Origin: Mytilus californianus
Taxonomy: Eukaryota
Direction of reading: 5' to 3'
Assembly (NCBI RefSeq): GCF_021869535.1
Contig: NW_026262690.1
Span: 116,932,001 to 116,996,000, forward strand
DNA: 64,000 nucleotides
The position numbers were made by a program, and so were the translations under genes. Position 1 is the first letter of the stretch. Every line of letters starts with the position of its first letter. Positions 60,415-64,000 of this stretch are shown here, in pieces. The notes under the pieces were generated by a model. The model saw only the letters and a list, made by a program, of their open reading frames with translations. It did not search any database and was not told the DNA's origin.

Positions 60415-63400
60415 CCTTTAAAAATTTCTTTAACTTTTTTCAAATCATCTTGGATTTTCATAAAAAATCTACAGCTATCTCAATTATATATTGATCTTAC
60501 AAAATGCAAAGTTATTTGGTAGTTTGTTTTATTACTGTCAAATTTAAGGATTTAATCAATGGGTAAAAAAGCTGTAAATTTCATGTTGGACAAAATTTAG
60601 ATAGTCAACTTTAAAATTTTTTGTAACTTTTTCAAATGATTTCGGATTTTAATAATACTCTTCAGCTATCTCAATTATATATTGATCTTACAAAATGCCA
60701 GGTTATTTGGTAGTTTGTTTTATTACTGTCAAATTTAAGGATTTAATCAATAGGTAAAAAAGCTAGAAATTTCATGTCAGACAAAATTTAGATAGTCAAC
60801 TTTAAAAATATCTGTAACTTTTTCAAATCAACTTGGATTTTCATAATACTCTTCAGCTATCTCAGTTATAAATTAATCTTACAAAATGACAGGTTATTTG
60901 GTAGTTTGAATTATTGCTGTCAAATTTAAGGATTTAATCAATAGGTAAAAAAGCTGGAACTTTCATGTCGGACAAAATTTAGATAGTCAACTTTAAAAAT
61001 TTCTTTAACTTTTTCAAATGATTTTGGATTTTAATAATACTCTTCAGTTATCCTAATTATATATTGATCTTACAAAATGCCAGGTTATTTGGTAGTTTGT
61101 TTTATTACTGTCAAATTTAAGGATTTAATCAATAGGTAAATAAGCTAGAAATTTCATGTCCGACAAAATTTAGATAGTCAACTTTAAAAATATCTGTAAC
61201 TTTTTCAAATGAACTTGGATTTCCATAAAACTCCACAGTTATCTCAATTAAATACTAATCTTAGAAAATGCCAGGTTATTTGGTAGTTTGGTATATTGGT
61301 GTCAAATTAAAGGATTTAATTAATAGACAACATTTAGATAATCAACTTTAAAAAGTGTTATTACTTTTTCAAATCAACTTGGATTTTCATAATACTCTTC
61401 AACTATCTCAGTTATAAATTAATCTTACAAAATGACAGGTTATTTGGTAGTTTGAATTATTGCTGTCAAATTTAAGGATTTAATCAATAGGTAAAAAAGC
61501 TGGAACTTTCATGTCGGACAAAATTTAGATAGTCAACTTTAAAAAGTTCTGTAACTTTTTCAAATGATTTTGGATTTTCATAATACTCTTCAGCTATCTC
61601 AATTATATATTGATCTTACAAAATGCCAGGTTATTTGGTAGTTTGTTTTATTACTGTCAAATTTAAGGATTTAATCATTAGGTAAAAAAGCTGGAATTTT
61701 CATGTCGGACAAAATTTAGATAGTCAACTTTAAAAAGTTCTGTTACTTTTTCAAACCAACTTGGATTGTCATAATACTCTTCAGCTATCTCAATTATATA
61801 TTGATCTTTCAAAATGCCAGGTTATTTGGTAATTTGTTTTATTACTGTCAAATTTAAGGATTTAATCAATAGGTAAAAAAGCTGGAACTTTCATGTCGGA
61901 CAAAATTTAGATAGTCAACTTTAAAAATTTCTTTAACTTTTTCAAATGATTTTGGATTTTAATAATACTCTTCAGTTATCCTAATTATATATTGATCTTA
62001 CAAAATGCCAGGTTATTTGGTAGTTTGTTTTATTACTGTCAAATTTAAGGATTTAATCAATAGGTAAATAAGCTAGAAATTTCATGTCTGACAAAATTTA
62101 GATAGTCAACTTTAAAAATATCTGTAACTTTTTCAAATGAACTTGGATTTCCATAAAACTCCACAGTTATCTCAATTAAATACTAATCTTAGAAAATGCC
62201 AGGTTATTTGGTAGTTTGGTATATTGGTGTCAAATTAAAGGATTTATTTAATAGACAACATTTAGATAATCAACTTTAAAAAGTGTTATTACTTTTTCAA
62301 ATCAACTTGGATTTTCATAATACTCTTCAACTATCTCAGTTATAAATTAATCTTACAAAATGACAGGTTATTTGGTAGTTTGAATTATTGCTGTCAAATT
62401 TAAGGATTTAATCAATAGGTAAAAAAGCTGGAATTTTCATGTCGGACAAAATTTAGATAGTCAACTTTAAAAACTTCTGTTACTTTTTCAAACCAACTTG
62501 GATTGTCATAATACTCTTCAGCTATCTCAATTATATATTGATCTTACAAAATGTCAGGTTATTTGGTACTTTGTTTTATTACTGTCAAATTTAAGGATTT
62601 ATTCAATAGGTAAAAAAGCTAGAAATTTCATGTCAGACAAAATTTAGATAGTCAACTTTAAAAATATCTGTAACTTTTTGAAATAAACTTGGATTGTCAT
62701 AATACTCTTGAGCTATCTCAATTATATATTGATCTTACAAAATTCCAGGTTATTTGGTAGTTTGTTTTATTACTGTCAAATTTAAGGATTTAATCAATAG
62801 GTAAAAAAGCTAGAAATTTCATGTCGGACAAAATTTAGATAGTCAACTTTAAAAGATCTGTAACTTTTTTCAAATGATTTTGGATTTTCATAATACTCTT
62901 CAGCTATCTCAATTATATATTGATCTTACAAAATGCCAGGTTATTTGGTAATTTGATTTATTACTGTCAAATTTAAGGATTTAATCAATAGGTAAAAAAG
63001 CTAGAAATTTCATGTCGGACAAAATTTAGATAGTCAACTTTAAAAAGTTCTGTAACTTTTTCAAATGATTTTGGATTTTCATAATACTCTTCAGCTATCT
63101 CAATTATATATTGATCTTACAAAATGCCAGGTTATTTGGTAATTTGTTTTATTACTGTCAAATTTAAGGATTTAATCAATAGGTAAAAAAGATAGAAATT
63201 TCATGTCAGACAAAATTTAGATAGTCAACTTTAAAAATATCTGTAACTTTTTCAAATCAACTTGGATTTTCATAATACTCTTCAGCTATCTCAGTTATAA
63301 ATTAATCTTACAAAATGACAGGTTATTTGGTAGTTTGAATTATTGCTGTCAAATTTAAGGATTTAATCAATAGGTAAAAAAGCTGGAACTTTCATGTCGG

Positions 63401-64000
63401 ACAAAATTTAGATAGTCAACTTTAAAAAGTTCTGTAACTTTTTCAAATGATTTTGGATTTTCATAATACTCTTCAGCTATCTCAATTATATATTGATCTT
63501 ACAAAATGCCAGGTTATTTGGTAGTTTGTTTTATTACTGTCAAATTAAAGGATTTAATCATTAGGTAAAAAGCTGGAATTTTCATGTCGGACAAAATTTA
63601 GATAGTCAACTTTAAAAAGTTCTGTAACTTTTTCAAATGAACTTGGATTTCCATAAAACTCCAATCTTATCTCAATTAAATACTAATCTTAGAAAATGCC
63701 AGGTTATTTGGTAGTTAGGTATATTGGTGTCAAATTAAAGGATTTAATTAATAGACAAAATTTAGATAATCAACTTTAAAAAGTGTTATTACTTTTTCAA
63801 ATCAACTTGGGTTGTCATAATACTCTTCAGCTATCTCAATTATATATTGATCTTACAAATTGCCAGGTTATTTGGTAATTTGTTTTATTACTGTCAAATT
63901 TAAGGATTTAATCAATAGGTAAAAAAGCTAGAAATTTCATGTCGGACATAATTTAGATAGTCAACTTTAAAAAGTTCTGTAACTTTTTCAAATGATTTTG
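60415..64000. repeat. AT-rich satellite, 191-bp monomers with recurring 164-bp variant, running off the right edge
   Basis: AACTTTAAAA anchor at 60607, 60798, 60989, 61180, 61344, 61535 and onward; 164-bp units start at 61180, 62108 and 63608. Confidence 0.95.

Overview
AT-rich, intron-containing animal genomic DNA. The repeat families and gene content point to a bivalve, most likely a Mytilus mussel; this is inferred from recognition, not from a search. I found no CRISPR arrays, rRNA, tRNA or prokaryotic features. Protein-coding content is all on the minus strand. There are two intact three-exon ATF3/JDP2-like bZIP paralogs (6869-9242 and 27780-28940) with a decayed third copy between them (20087-21415), and a complete five-exon PIGF gene (43123-50418). 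The most notable non-coding signal is a set of type I hammerhead ribozyme motifs. One has a fully intact core (2016-2059). Several lie in ~300-350 nt retrozyme-like repeat units (about 1.0, 2.15, 3.7, 13.6, 13.9 and 33.2 kb), and one lies in the 3' part of a truncated Penelope-like element inserted in a (TA)n tract. The rest of the window is dominated by non-autonomous Helentron-type (HINE-like) elements with internal tandem arrays; some are nested in each other, in a satellite, or in a Kolobok-like TTAA element. There are also SINE/LINE fragments, MITEs and four tandem arrays (40, 61, 65 and 191/164 bp units). All coordinates and alignments were read by eye; element boundaries may be off by a few to tens of bases.
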